Source of the DNA: Thermoplasmatota archaeon
Lineage (GTDB): Archaea > Thermoplasmatota > E2 > DHVEG-1
Direction of reading: 5' to 3'
NCBI GenBank assembly: GCA_030619765.1
Contig: JAUXAU010000003.1
Span: 11,654-75,653 of the forward strand
Length of the DNA: 64,000 nucleotides
Positions within the stretch are counted from its first letter, which is position 1. Each line of letters opens with the position of its first letter. Shown here piece by piece: positions 50,115-61,499 of the stretch. Made by a program: the position numbers and the translations under genes. A model generated the notes under the pieces. The model was not told where the DNA came from. It searched no databases and saw only the letters and a list, made by a program, of their open reading frames with translations.

Positions 50115-50211
50115 TGACATTGATATTTAGCAGGATCTAATCATAGAATGTAATGCTTTTTTAGATTCTAATCACTGTACATTGATTAAAACCTGCCAGG
50201 TATGATAATTC

Positions 50212-51042
50212 TTACAAATCAACATACCTTATACTCAAATCCCAAAGCCTTTCTGCCAAGTTCATATCATAAGATTCTTTCGATGATTTATGTATCTCTT
50301 TCTTTGCGAAATATTCCCCGGTAATGTTTTCCAGGTCAGATGAGCTTGCAAGATATATTGAGGTTTCAGCACCTATCTTAGGATCTTTTCCCATTAACTT
50401 AAATATTGCACGAGAAAAACCACTGGCATCTCTCCCAAGATTGGTTTTATTCATTCCTGGATGAACACAATTAACCACTACACCAGTTCCTTCTAATTTT
50501 TTCGCTAACAGCCGTGTGAATAGAATCAATCCAAGTTTTGATTGTCTATATGCTTTCGCACCAGAGAATTTCTGTTTAAATTCTATATCATCAAAATTAA
50601 TTGTACCATAATGCATTCCAGATGTCACATTTATTATACGAGAGGGACTGCCTTTCTTTAAAACATCAAGTAACAGATTTGTCATGAGAAAAGGGCCAAG
50701 ATAATTTGTTGCAAAAATATTTTCAATACCATCTTTTGATTCTCTTCTTTTAAAATCCCAAACAGCAGCATTATTAATTAAAACATGAAGCTTATTATAT
50801 TTTGATTTAAACTCTTTACAACAATTTCTGATGGAATCAAATGATGCAAGATCACAATTTAAAAAATCAATTTTTTTGTTGTTACTTGACTTTATTAATT
50901 CATCTTTTGTATTCTTACCTCTTAGTTCATCTCTAGTTGTAAAAACAACAGTTGCACCAAATCCTGCAAGCGCTCGTGCAGTCTCTTTTCCAATGCCCGA
51001 AGTTACACCAGTAATCAAAACAATCTTATCTTCCAACAACAA
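50212..51042 (-). CDS. Short-chain dehydrogenase/reductase (retinol-DH-like)
   Basis: TGVTSGIG, NNA, YRQSK. TTG start after GGAGG. Confidence 0.9.
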   Translation of the reverse strand: MLLEDKIVLITGVTSGIGKETARALAGFGATVVFTTRDELRGKNTKDELIKSSNNKKIDFLNCDLASFDSIRNCCKEFKSKYNKLHVLINNAAVWDFKRRESKDGIENIFATNYLGPFLMTNLLLDVLKKGSPSRIINVTSGMHYGTINFDDIEFKQKFSGAKAYRQSKLGLILFTRLLAKKLEGTGVVVNCVHPGMNKTNLGRDASGFSRAIFKLMGKDPKIGAETSIYLASSSDLENITGEYFAKKEIHKSSKESYDMNLAERLWDLSIRYVDL

Positions 51043-51183
51043 CCGCCTCCAATTTATTTTTAAGATAATCAACTAAGTTTGAAAAATGTTTTGCTAGTTA
51101 TGACTTATAATATCTGAATAAGACTCTAATCATAAAACATGATTGTACTCTTAGCCTCTAATCATTGTATCCATAACGATGTA

Positions 51184-51849
51184 TTATATCTCTTTAATGA
51201 GTTCATTAAGAGATAAAATCCTAGCAAACCCTTTTCGTAAAACCTTCAATTCAGCTTCATGCAAATCCGGGAAATGTGCTGATGTCACATCGCTTCCAAA
51301 TACAACCTTAAAGCTTCTTTCAAATGCCTGCCTTGCAGTTGTAGAACAACAATAATTGGTCAACGTTCCACAAATAATCACCGTGTCTTTTTCCATGTTT
51401 TTAAGAATAGTTTCTAATGGAGTATCATAAAACGCTCCATAGGACGATTTATGAATAATAATTTCACCTTCAATTGGGGCTAGTTCATGCCAAACATGTC
51501 CTTTTATGAAAAACGAAGACTGATCAACTTCAAGGTCAGGAAAACGAGTAGGCATAAGAGGTAGAATTTTAGGACGATCAAGATAGTTATGAGTCTTTGA
51601 ATAAACGGTAAAAATAACAGGTATGTTTCTCTCTCGGCAGTGTTCTATCAAGCTTTTGATACGTGGAACTTGCCTCGTCGCCTCTGGTACCCAGTAAGGT
51701 GTCCAGCGTGGTTTAACAAATTCGTCCTGCATATCAACAACTAGTAGAGCACATTTATCTGCATTGATGTCAAACTTAGCTTCTCCTGATTCGTAACCTT
51801 TTTTGGCTAAATCAAGTACCAGTTTTTCTGTAAATTTTCCAATATCCAT
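51184..51849 (-). CDS. Isochorismatase-family cysteine hydrolase
   Basis: VVDMQ, KSSYGAF, TNYCC. Confidence 0.88.
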   Translation of the reverse strand: MDIGKFTEKLVLDLAKKGYESGEAKFDINADKCALLVVDMQDEFVKPRWTPYWVPEATRQVPRIKSLIEHCRERNIPVIFTVYSKTHNYLDRPKILPLMPTRFPDLEVDQSSFFIKGHVWHELAPIEGEIIIHKSSYGAFYDTPLETILKNMEKDTVIICGTLTNYCCSTTARQAFERSFKVVFGSDVTSAHFPDLHEAELKVLRKGFARILSLNELIKEI

Positions 51850-51980
51850 ATTTAACTTACAACAAATGATTTCTTAATAAAATTACGAATAAAAACTCTA
51901 ATCATAGAATATGATTATTTAATAATAGAAATAGACACGATTTTTACAGAATTAAAAAGGTGATGACCGTTAGATGATTT

Positions 51981-52880
51981 CTAGGAAAAACCATTATGTA
52001 ACTGGAGATGTTTTATTCTTTCTTTAATCTCTAGAGGTTTTAGCGTTTCTTTTTCTGTGATAACTCCTGTGAGATATTCTAGCGGTGTGAGATCAAAATA
52101 GTAGTTAATAGGGGTGACGTTTGATATTTTATTGCTTATTATTTCATTTGGGTTTTTTTGCTGATTTAGATTCAATGGGTAGTTGGGTGGGAGGAATTTT
52201 ATAGTTGAACAGAGGGCGTATATTGCTGTGTTGCAGTGTTGTGCTGTCATTGCTATTCCTTTTGTTCCAATCTTGTTTATAAGACCAGTGTTTGTTATCG
52301 CGTCTCCTCCAACTAGGATCACATCGGCATCTGATATAAATGAGAAAACAGCGGAATCAACTATGAGTTTTACTTTAATTCCGTTTTTTCCTAGCTGTTT
52401 TGCCAGTTGTATACCTTCATTCATTGGACGTGATTCAGTGCAAATAACAGAAAATTTTTTTCCAAAGGATTTTGCAAAAAGAAGCGTGTATAAGACTGTG
52501 GAACTATATGAATGGGTGATAATTGTTGCATTGTTTTTAATAAGTTCCATTGCTTGTTTACTGATTGAATTATCTGATGTTTCTAGATCTTGTAGGAATT
52601 TTTTACAATAGTTATTTACTATGTTTTTTTGTTGTTGGTTTTTGTTTTTATCTATAGTTAACATCAGATTGTTGACAAGATTGAAAATAGAAGCCATGGT
52701 TGGCTGGGATTGTACTAAAGAGTAAGCAGTGTTATTTATTTGAGCCAGAGAACCATTTCTGTTTACGAGAAGGATCAATAGCTCTGCTGATTTTTTAGCT
52801 AGTTCTACTGATCCACTGGTGTTATCCAGTCGTATTTGCTCTATCGATTTACGGATGTTTCTAGGTAGTATCTCTTTCAT
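51981..52880 (-). CDS. aIF-2B alpha/beta/delta / ribose-1,5-bisphosphate isomerase-like protein
   Basis: THSYSSTV, ESRP..EG, GGDAI, NKIGT, FDLTP. Confidence 0.85.
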   Translation of the reverse strand: MKEILPRNIRKSIEQIRLDNTSGSVELAKKSAELLILLVNRNGSLAQINNTAYSLVQSQPTMASIFNLVNNLMLTIDKNKNQQQKNIVNNYCKKFLQDLETSDNSISKQAMELIKNNATIITHSYSSTVLYTLLFAKSFGKKFSVICTESRPMNEGIQLAKQLGKNGIKVKLIVDSAVFSFISDADVILVGGDAITNTGLINKIGTKGIAMTAQHCNTAIYALCSTIKFLPPNYPLNLNQQKNPNEIISNKISNVTPINYYFDLTPLEYLTGVITEKETLKPLEIKERIKHLQLHNGFS

Positions 52881-53027
52881 AATTTTCCTAGATTAACCAT
52901 GTTTTAAGTAAAAAAATGTTTTGGGAACAATCATAATTGTTACCAATGAGTAGTTTACTAGATATTACATCCTAATTTGCAAAGTAATAACTATATTTCA
53001 GTCTTCTGTTGGCCTTAATGAAACCTG

Positions 53028-54965
53028 CTATGTATGACTAGATAACGTTTGTTTCAACCTGTTTATTTTATCCCTAAGAAAGATCGCTTTTTCAAAATCA
53101 AGATTATCTGCTGCCTCTCTCATTTCAAACTCAATCAAAATAATCATCTTCGGAATGTCTTCTTTTGGGATATGTTTTATATCCTTTACCTCAACAATTT
53201 TTTCTTTAATCGGCTTGACAATAGTCTTTGGAACAATGTTGTGTAATTTATTATGCTCAACTTGAATGTTTCTTCGTCGGTTTGTCTCATCAAGTGCTTG
53301 CCTAATTGAATTAGTAATATTATCTGCATACAACACAACTTTCGAATTCACATTCCTTGCAGCTCTCCCGATAATCTGAATAAGACTCCTTGCATCACGT
53401 AGGAAACCTTCCTTATCAGCATCAAGGATGCCAATAAAGCCTACCTCAGGAATATCAATTCCCTCACGAAGCAGATTGATACCAACTAAAACATCAAACT
53501 CGCCTAGTCGAAACTGCCGGATAATCTCCGATCGCTCAAGTGTTTCGATCTCCGCGTGAAGATACCGAGTTTTAATATTTTTCCCAGCAAAATAGTTAGC
53601 AAGTTCCTCAGCAAGTTTTTTTGTAATTGTTGTGACAATTACCCTTTCCTTCCGCTTCACAGTTTTATCAATTTCAGTTATCAAATCGGCTATTTGACCT
53701 TGGATACCCCGAACTTCAATTAGTGGATCAACAAGACCTGTTGGTCGGATAATCTGCTCGACAACCTGATCAGATATCCCTAGTTCATAGTCACCTGGTG
53801 TTGCTGATACAAAAATCACGCTCTTCATATACTGTGTAAATTCATCAAAGGTTAGTGGTCTATTATCAAAGGCACTAGGAAGTCGAAAACCATAATCAAC
53901 CAATGCCCTCTTCCGTGAATAATCTCCGTGATTCATCCCATGAATCTGAGGAATGGTCCGATGACTCTCATCTATAAACAATAGGAAATCCTTAGGGAAA
54001 TAATCAAGTAAGCAAAATGGCTTATCCCCGGGTTTCCGCCCGTCAAAATGTCGGGAATAGTTCTCAATACCTTTACAATAACCCATCTCATCAATCATCT
54101 CAAGATCATAAAGCGTCCGCTGTTTCAACCGATGGGTCTCAATCATATCAAGTTTTGGTAACTGTTCTTCAAGCTCATTCCTAATAGACTCAATCGCCTG
54201 CTTTTTTTTACCCCCTTCAATAACAAAATGCTTAGCAGGATATACAAAAACATGATCAAATACATCAGACGTTTCACCAGTAATCTTGTTGATCTCCCGT
54301 ATTTTTTCAATCTCATCACCAAACATCTCAACACGGATAATATTGTCATAATACCCAGGGATAAGATCAATTGTATCACCTTTCACCCGAAACCGACCAG
54401 GTGCAAGATCAAAATCATTCCTCTCATATTGCATGTCAACAAGATGTTCAAGAATCTTTTTCCGTTCCACATTCTGCCCTTTGCTTATTTCAAAGCCAAG
54501 CGTGGCAAAATCATGAGGATCCCCAACACTATAAATACAGGAAACAGACGCCACAACAATTACATCCTCTCTAGAAAGAAGAGATGCTGTCGCGGCAAGC
54601 CGCATCTGTTCAATCTTTGGGTTGATATCAGCATCCTTTTCGATATATTGATCCTTTGAAGGAATATACGACTCCGGCTGATAATAATCATAATATGAAA
54701 CAAAATACTCCACACGGTTTTCTGGGAAAAACTCCCGAAACTCACTATACAACTGCGCGGCAAGTGTTTTATTATGAGCAAAAACAAGCGCTGGCTTCTG
54801 CACCTTTTCAATCACATTGGCCATAGTAAACGTCTTACCAGAGCCAGTAACACCTAGCAGGGTCTGGTACTCCTCACCTCGATGAAGACCTTCAACAAGT
54901 TTTTGTATCGCCTCAGGCTGCGATCCCTTAGGCACTAGGTCAGTGACAAGCTTGAACTTTCTTAT
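53028..54965 (-). CDS. uvrB: Excinuclease ABC subunit B (probable ATA start at 54965)
   Basis: LGVTGSGKT, YYDYYQPE, DESH. The conserved FKLV..P.G.QP N-terminus lies upstream of the track start. Confidence 0.95.
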   Translation of the reverse strand: MRKFKLVTDLVPKGSQPEAIQKLVEGLHRGEEYQTLLGVTGSGKTFTMANVIEKVQKPALVFAHNKTLAAQLYSEFREFFPENRVEYFVSYYDYYQPESYIPSKDQYIEKDADINPKIEQMRLAATASLLSREDVIVVASVSCIYSVGDPHDFATLGFEISKGQNVERKKILEHLVDMQYERNDFDLAPGRFRVKGDTIDLIPGYYDNIIRVEMFGDEIEKIREINKITGETSDVFDHVFVYPAKHFVIEGGKKKQAIESIRNELEEQLPKLDMIETHRLKQRTLYDLEMIDEMGYCKGIENYSRHFDGRKPGDKPFCLLDYFPKDFLLFIDESHRTIPQIHGMNHGDYSRKRALVDYGFRLPSAFDNRPLTFDEFTQYMKSVIFVSATPGDYELGISDQVVEQIIRPTGLVDPLIEVRGIQGQIADLITEIDKTVKRKERVIVTTITKKLAEELANYFAGKNIKTRYLHAEIETLERSEIIRQFRLGEFDVLVGINLLREGIDIPEVGFIGILDADKEGFLRDARSLIQIIGRAARNVNSKVVLYADNITNSIRQALDETNRRRNIQVEHNKLHNIVPKTIVKPIKEKIVEVKDIKHIPKEDIPKMIILIEFEMREAADNLDFEKAIFLRDKINRLKQTLSSHT

Positions 54966-56512
54966 GATACCAACTCCTTTTCACGAAGAAGCCTATTATA
55001 CTTCAATGCAAAACGATGTGCCTCATCACGAATCTCCTGAATAAACCGAAGTGCTTTATCAGTTTTTGTTAGCCGTAAAGGATGAGTTACTCCTGGAACA
55101 AAGATCTCTTCAAACTGTTTTGCAATGGAAACTATTGGGATTTTCACATCAAGTTTTTCAAGCTGCCTTAACGCGAAATTAAGCTGCCCTCTACCTCCAT
55201 CGATTATAATAAGATTTGGAAACTCAGAATCCTCTGCTAAAAGACGGGTGTATCTTCGCTTAACAACCTCACTTATTGCAGCAACATCATCAATACCTTC
55301 AACTGTTCGAATGCGAAAACGGCGATAGTTGCTTTTATCTGGCTTCCCATTGCGAAACTGCACCATAGACCCAACTGTTGACGTCCCAGATAAATGGGAA
55401 ATATCGAAACATTCAATAACCGAAGGACTGTCCTTAAGATTTAATCGTTTTTGTAGCGCTTCAACCTTCTCAACTTCTGCAAAAAAAGATATATCAATAT
55501 TTTTTGCCACTAAATCAAGCAGCTGCTTCTTAGATCCTTTCAAAGGAGTGGTAAGCACTACCTTAGATCCTTTCTTAATTTTCAGAAAAGAAGAAAAAGA
55601 CTCATCCATTTTATCTGGCAGAATAATTTCTTTTGGTACGGGGTATTCCGAATAATATTGAATGAGAAATTCCTCAAGGAAATCCTCATTGAAATCAAAG
55701 ACAAATTCATTCTTATTTGATAACGTACCCTTATAGATGTTAAAGAGCAATAAATAGACCTTTTCATCTTTCACCTGATAATTAATGATATCCTCGTCAT
55801 ATTTTCTCTGTCGATCAATGTTCTGCCGTTCACTAAGATGCTCAAGTGCAGTGATTTGGTTTCGCAGTTCAAGAGCTTGTTCAAACTGAGCGTTCTCTGA
55901 ATGCATTTTCATTTCACGCTGCATCTGTTTTAACAGTTTTTTTTCACTTCCTGATAAAATCAATCTTACCTTCTCTATCCTTTCGTTATACTCCTGCAAA
56001 GAAATAAGGGCAGCACATGGTGCACTACAAAGATGAATATGATACCGCAAACACGGTTTTTTTGGCATACGTTTACAGGTCCTAATCATAAACGTCTTAC
56101 GTAAAAACTGTAAAATATAATCCCGTTCATGATAGGAAACAAACGGGCCGTAAAAACTTCCTTTTCCCATCTTATTTCTGGCGATAAGAAGCCTGGGATA
56201 GTCCTCATCTGTCAACTGAATATAGGCATAATTCTTGGCATCTTTTAATTTGATATTATACCTGGGTTGATACCGTTTAATAAGTGTGTTTTCTAGGATA
56301 AATGCTTCAACTTCAGTATCTGTTACAATACACTCTACCGAGTCAATATTCCTAACCAGACTTAGGCTTTTTATATCTAAATCATTTTTCTTTAGATAAC
56401 TCATCACCCGTTTTCGAAGATTCTTTGCCTTCCCCACGTAGAGTACTTTTCCAAATTCATCTTTGAATTGATAGCATCCAGGGTTCTTTGGAAGATTATT
56501 CACCTCAAACAT
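54962..56512 (-). CDS. uvrC: Excinuclease ABC subunit C
   Basis: [36 protein letters not shown]. Lacks the C-terminal HhH domain. Confidence 0.95.
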   Translation of the reverse strand: MFEVNNLPKNPGCYQFKDEFGKVLYVGKAKNLRKRVMSYLKKNDLDIKSLSLVRNIDSVECIVTDTEVEAFILENTLIKRYQPRYNIKLKDAKNYAYIQLTDEDYPRLLIARNKMGKGSFYGPFVSYHERDYILQFLRKTFMIRTCKRMPKKPCLRYHIHLCSAPCAALISLQEYNERIEKVRLILSGSEKKLLKQMQREMKMHSENAQFEQALELRNQITALEHLSERQNIDRQRKYDEDIINYQVKDEKVYLLLFNIYKGTLSNKNEFVFDFNEDFLEEFLIQYYSEYPVPKEIILPDKMDESFSSFLKIKKGSKVVLTTPLKGSKKQLLDLVAKNIDISFFAEVEKVEALQKRLNLKDSPSVIECFDISHLSGTSTVGSMVQFRNGKPDKSNYRRFRIRTVEGIDDVAAISEVVKRRYTRLLAEDSEFPNLIIIDGGRGQLNFALRQLEKLDVKIPIVSIAKQFEEIFVPGVTHPLRLTKTDKALRFIQEIRDEAHRFALKYNRLLREKELVS

Positions 56513-59318
56513 GTATCCTTTCACACACAATATTTTTTAAGATTTCACCAGTAAAGCTATCCCTGTTTTGTGTAATCTCTTCAGGTGATCCAAACGCAAC
56601 AACATAACCACCCATATCTCCACCTTCGGGCCCAAGATCTAAAATGTAATCCGCTGACTTAATCACTTCAAGGTTATGCTCGATTACAACAATCGTGTTT
56701 CCCATCTCAACTAGGCTATTCAAAACATCAATAAGTTTCTTTACATCATGAAAATGAAGACCAGTTGTTGGTTCATCAAGCAAATACAACGTCCTTCCAG
56801 TACTCTTCTTTGACAACTCCCGCGTAAGTTTAATCCGTTGTGCTTCACCACCAGACAGCGTAGTCGAACTCTGACCAAGTTTAATATAATCAAGACCCAC
56901 ACGTGACAACGTCTCAAATTTCCTCCTAATAAAAGGGATGCGTTCAAAAAGTTCAAGTGCCTCTTCAACACTCATTTCTAAAACATCAGCAATCGTTTTC
57001 CCTTTATACGTAACCTCAAGAGTCTCCTTATTATAGCGTTTTCCTTTACATTCTTCACATTCGATATAGATATCAGGTAAAAAATTCATTTCAATTTTTA
57101 TCAGTCCATCCCCACTGCATGCTTCACACCGTCCACCTCTAACATTAAATGAAAACCTCCCAGGTTTATACCCTCGAACCCGTGCCTCTGGTGTCTTAGC
57201 GAAAATCTTGCGAATCTCATCAAAAACTTTTGTATAAGTAGCAGGGTTACTCCGAGGAGTCTTACCTATAGGACTCTGATCAATCACAATGACCTTATCA
57301 ATCTGTTCATCAAACGTTATAGTATCATGATCACCGGGGTTAACCCGCGAATTATGCAGTTTCTTCATGAGCCCCTTATACAAAATATCATACACAAGGG
57401 TTGATTTCCCACTTCCAGAAACACCTGTAATAAGGGTAAGAACGCCAATGGGAATATCAACATCAATATCTTTCAAGTTATGCTCACGACACCCATGAAC
57501 ATGAATATACCTCTCCGATTTTCTTCTCTTATTTGGAAGAGCAATTTGCAATTCCTTTGAAAGATACTTCCCTGTAAGCGAAGTCGGATGATTCTCAATT
57601 TCCTCAGGTGTCCCCTCGGCTACTATCTTTCCTCCATGAATACCTGCACCAGGTCCCATATCAATAACATAATCAGCATGTCTTATGGTTTCCTCGTCAT
57701 GCTCAACAACAATCAAGGTATTTCCAAGATCCCTCAACCGATATAGCGTATTGATTAATTTCTTATTATCACGCTGATGAAGCCCAATCGACGGCTCATC
57801 AAGGATATATATGACCCCCATCAGATTAGAGCCAATCTGCGTTGCAAGTCGAATCCGTTGCGCCTCTCCCCCAGAGAGCGTCCTAGCACCCCGTGAAAGC
57901 GTTAAATAATTTAGACCCACTTTGTCAAGAAAATCCAACCTAGATCTGATTTCTTTTAATATCTGAAATGCAATCTCCTCCTCTTTTTTAGAAAGTGTTA
58001 ATGTCTTGAAAAAAACGATACAATCTTTAATTGACGTATCAGTAACATCAATAATCGATTTCTCAGCAATCTTCACTGATAGTATCTTTTGTTTTAGTCG
58101 TTTCCCGTGACACACAGGGCACTTGGATATATTCATGAATTTTTCCATATCATTTCTTCTATAATCGGACTCTGTCTGCCTATACAATCGTTCAGATTGC
58201 GGAATGAGGCCCTCCCATGCTCCTCTCCCAGACCATTGAGTATCACCGTTTTTCATAACCACGTTAAACCTGATCTTCTCAGGAGAGCCATACATCAATA
58301 CATTATATTGATGTTCTTTCAAATCCTTTATAGGAGTAAAAATGTCGAATCCAAAGTGTTTGGCAACCGCTCCAAGATAGTGTATCCGCCAACCATCCCG
58401 TACAGTTTTATAAAGTGAAACAGCGCCATCCGCGATGGATTTTTCCTTATCTGGAATAATCAGATCAGGGTCAAACTCCATCTTAATGCCTAGCCCGTGG
58501 CATTCCTCACAAGCACCAAACGGACTGTTAAAAGAAAACATCCTAGGCTGTAATTCCTCAAATACCACCCCGCATTTTGGACACGCCATCTTCGAAGAAT
58601 ACACTACTTCATTTCCCTCTTTGTCAAGAACAATCAAAAGACCATCAGATTTCTTCAAAGCATTTTCACACGCCTCAGCAAGCCGTGACTTATCACTAAT
58701 TTTCAAACGATCAATTATGATTTCTATGTCGTGTTTTTTATACCGCTCCAACTTGATCTCTTCATCGGTTCTAAAAATCGTTTTATTCACTCGAACCCGA
58801 GTGTAGCCTTCTTTGTGCAAACTTCTAAACAGTTGCTCATAAGTCCCTTTTTTCTGCCGAACAATCGGAGAAAGAATTGTAATCATCCCATCAAAGTCTT
58901 TCGAAATACTCCTTGCGATACTTTCAGGAGATTGCGGTTCAATTCTTATATCATGCGCCGGGCAATAGGGCACTCCAATTCGCGCAAAAAGCAATCGTAG
59001 ATAATCATAAATCTCAGTAATCGTGGCAACGGTACTCCGTGGGTTTCTACTTGTCGATTTCTGCTCAATTGATATTGCTGGTGACAAACCCTCAATGCTG
59101 TCTACATCAGGTTTCTGCATACGCCCAAGAAACTGACGTGCATATGCAGAGAGCGACTCAACATATCTCCGTTGTCCTTCTGCATAAATCGTGTCAAAAG
59201 CTAGGGTTGATTTTCCAGATCCAGAAAGCCCAGTAATAACTATGAATTTATCCCTTGGTAGCTCAACTGTAATATTCTTAAGGTTATGTTCGCGAGCACC
59301 CTTAACGATGATCTTCAT
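56505..59318 (-). CDS. uvrA: Excinuclease ABC subunit A
   Basis: Two ABC modules ([21 protein letters not shown]) and Zn fingers. Confidence 0.97.
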   Translation of the reverse strand: MKIIVKGAREHNLKNITVELPRDKFIVITGLSGSGKSTLAFDTIYAEGQRRYVESLSAYARQFLGRMQKPDVDSIEGLSPAISIEQKSTSRNPRSTVATITEIYDYLRLLFARIGVPYCPAHDIRIEPQSPESIARSISKDFDGMITILSPIVRQKKGTYEQLFRSLHKEGYTRVRVNKTIFRTDEEIKLERYKKHDIEIIIDRLKISDKSRLAEACENALKKSDGLLIVLDKEGNEVVYSSKMACPKCGVVFEELQPRMFSFNSPFGACEECHGLGIKMEFDPDLIIPDKEKSIADGAVSLYKTVRDGWRIHYLGAVAKHFGFDIFTPIKDLKEHQYNVLMYGSPEKIRFNVVMKNGDTQWSGRGAWEGLIPQSERLYRQTESDYRRNDMEKFMNISKCPVCHGKRLKQKILSVKIAEKSIIDVTDTSIKDCIVFFKTLTLSKKEEEIAFQILKEIRSRLDFLDKVGLNYLTLSRGARTLSGGEAQRIRLATQIGSNLMGVIYILDEPSIGLHQRDNKKLINTLYRLRDLGNTLIVVEHDEETIRHADYVIDMGPGAGIHGGKIVAEGTPEEIENHPTSLTGKYLSKELQIALPNKRRKSERYIHVHGCREHNLKDIDVDIPIGVLTLITGVSGSGKSTLVYDILYKGLMKKLHNSRVNPGDHDTITFDEQIDKVIVIDQSPIGKTPRSNPATYTKVFDEIRKIFAKTPEARVRGYKPGRFSFNVRGGRCEACSGDGLIKIEMNFLPDIYIECEECKGKRYNKETLEVTYKGKTIADVLEMSVEEALELFERIPFIRRKFETLSRVGLDYIKLGQSSTTLSGGEAQRIKLTRELSKKSTGRTLYLLDEPTTGLHFHDVKKLIDVLNSLVEMGNTIVVIEHNLEVIKSADYILDLGPEGGDMGGYVVAFGSPEEITQNRDSFTGEILKNIVCERIHV

Positions 59319-59662
59319 ATTAAATCCCCTAAAATGTAGATACCTGACTGAAGCAACTTTATACTCATAAGCTTTTATTGGTTAGTTATCTACCACTCTT
59401 AGTAATTTTAATTATTTCAGAGAAGCCTTTCTATTATTTAAGCATATATGTGGGATCATTAAACATATTACTCCGGACGACGGTACTCATCTAAAAAGGC
59501 TTTAATCATAAAACGTGGGCCATAAGAGGAGAAACACTAATCACAGGATGTAATGCGACTCTTGATCTCTAATCCCTGTATCCTGATTATATTCTTAAAC
59601 TCTGTTTTAAACCTAAAGTTCATTTGGTTTTTTCCTGGGTAGAAACCTAAAAATATCTTTAA

Positions 59663-59956
59663 TCACTCAATTTTCTTCCCACATTTCCTACAGAACTTTG
59701 CATCGCTATCAAGCTCTGTCCCGCAATCTGAACAATGCTTTTCCGTTGAGCGTGAACTTTCTCCAACTGATTTTGCAAACGCTTTTGCCTTTTTTTCTAT
59801 CCTTTTGCCAAATTGCTCAGCCTTTCTACCAAATTCTTCAGCAAACTTATCAATATCCTTCTCAAAAGAACTACTCTTGGCTAAATAATTACCACATTTA
59901 GTACAGTATTGCGCATCATCATCATTTTTCTTCCCACATTCATTACAATATGGCAT
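59663..59956 (-). CDS. Double zinc-ribbon protein
   Basis: Two CxxCG..D A.(F/Y)CxxCG repeats. Confidence 0.85.
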   Translation of the reverse strand: MPYCNECGKKNDDDAQYCTKCGNYLAKSSSFEKDIDKFAEEFGRKAEQFGKRIEKKAKAFAKSVGESSRSTEKHCSDCGTELDSDAKFCRKCGKKIE

Positions 59957-60083
59957 TTTTCACTCCCCAATTATAATAATTAAAACCAGTATTGATTTAT
60001 AAAGTTCTCTTTTGAATTTATTTAATCAAAATTCATTAAAATCACTTGATATGACGATAAAAAAAAATTGAAAAAAATGTGTT

Positions 60084-61358
60084 TTACGCTAATGGATCAC
60101 TGATACTACCCATGAAGAGTATCGTTCCTGTTTGTTTATGTTGAATGAGATACATAAAAGGATGATTACAATCAAAAACAACCCTTGATGAACCACCATT
60201 CACAGTGAGTTCCATATATACTGCAGTTGCAGCTGCCGCCTCTGTTCCTTCTTCATTAACATCTATAAACGCTTTATGCAGAACTTTACTGATAAATAAA
60301 TCTCTTCTACCAGTGATGCCTGAGAAATTGGCCTCAGAGGTAAATGGGATATTCATTCCAAGCTCAATAAGATAATCCCCTAACGAATAGGAGGTTTCAA
60401 CCTTAAATTTTGGGAGATAGATATCCACCTTTGTTTCAACCATGGATTCGATCCATTCTGAGAACATGTCGTTATCAATTGTATCGATAGCAGGTGATAA
60501 ATCATTGTTTTTCGGAAGTAGAATTATCATGGATATATCGTCTCCTGTATAGGGCAGTTCTAAAATCTGTAGATCATCAGTTTCAGTATAGTAAAAGACA
60601 TCCTCGGTATCTATGAAGCTCATTGTCGGAGCTTCAACAGATGTTTCTGCTGTGGTTTCAAACGTTCGATTAGTTGTATTCACAGGGTCAAACTGGGTTT
60701 CCCAGATGCCTTTGAAATAGATAGCGTTGGTGAGTATCAACGCGGTAAGAGGGCTTATCGCATCTGCTGTTATGAGATCCTTTATTAATCCATTCGTCTG
60801 GTTTTCGACCCATTGATTGATAATCGCTGCGGATTCTGTAGGATTTGAAAAATCAACCTCGGTGGCATCTCCACCATAATGCTCTCGGATAACATTTAGA
60901 TATGCTTCAAGCAGCTGAAGGTTTTCTTTTACCCACAAGGCATTCGCGGTGCTAATGTTATACTCCTCGTTTTTCGTATTGAGCACTTCATAGAGGTTTT
61001 TCATATAAATGTGAAAGGATTCATTATCCTGCTTAACATTGAGTACGTTCGCCATTTCCTCAGCTGTTTCACCTCTGGCACCCTCATAGGTCATAGCAAG
61101 AGCAGTAAAAATACTGTAGGGTGAGATAAACAGATTACCTTCATTTACCTCATGCACTTCTCTAAAAATATCAAATGCAAATGCATTAACAGCATCCTGA
61201 AAAGAAAGATTGCCAACTGGCGTTGGCTTTTCATCATCCGATATTATATCTTCATCGATAACATCTAAACCTGATTGGTTCTGAAGTAGTGCTACAAAAA
61301 CAGCTGTAGATATGATGATGAATGCCGCTAGAATTGAGACAATATATTTTAATTTCAT
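60084..61358 (-). CDS. Membrane-anchored or secreted serpin
   Basis: SPYSI, NAIYFKG.W, VNEEGTEAAAAT hinge, NHPFMYLI. Confidence 0.95.
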   Translation of the reverse strand: MKLKYIVSILAAFIIISTAVFVALLQNQSGLDVIDEDIISDDEKPTPVGNLSFQDAVNAFAFDIFREVHEVNEGNLFISPYSIFTALAMTYEGARGETAEEMANVLNVKQDNESFHIYMKNLYEVLNTKNEEYNISTANALWVKENLQLLEAYLNVIREHYGGDATEVDFSNPTESAAIINQWVENQTNGLIKDLITADAISPLTALILTNAIYFKGIWETQFDPVNTTNRTFETTAETSVEAPTMSFIDTEDVFYYTETDDLQILELPYTGDDISMIILLPKNNDLSPAIDTIDNDMFSEWIESMVETKVDIYLPKFKVETSYSLGDYLIELGMNIPFTSEANFSGITGRRDLFISKVLHKAFIDVNEEGTEAAAATAVYMELTVNGGSSRVVFDCNHPFMYLIQHKQTGTILFMGSISDPLA

Positions 61359-61499
61359 TTTTCGTTCACTAATTTTCTGTATAATCTGTTTTACTATTTA
61401 AAAGTCTTGAAGATGTTCGGAAAAAACCAAAAGAAACACTGCAGATTTATCTACCGAATAACTTATAAACTCTGAAGTCCATATTCTAGACGTGATAAT

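Larger units (their letters stand above)
38544..59592 (+). repeat. Composite palindromic intergenic repeats, forward polarity (about 15 clusters)
   Basis: CTCTAATCATAAAATGTAATGCGACTCTTAGCCTCTAATCACTGTACATTGATTAAAACCTGCTAGGTATGA-like units at about 38550, 40350, 40890-41080, 42110-42250, 43077, 44160-44300, 46280-46428, 47340, 48408, 49205, 50115, 51120, 51895, 53020 and 59500. Confidence 0.88.
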
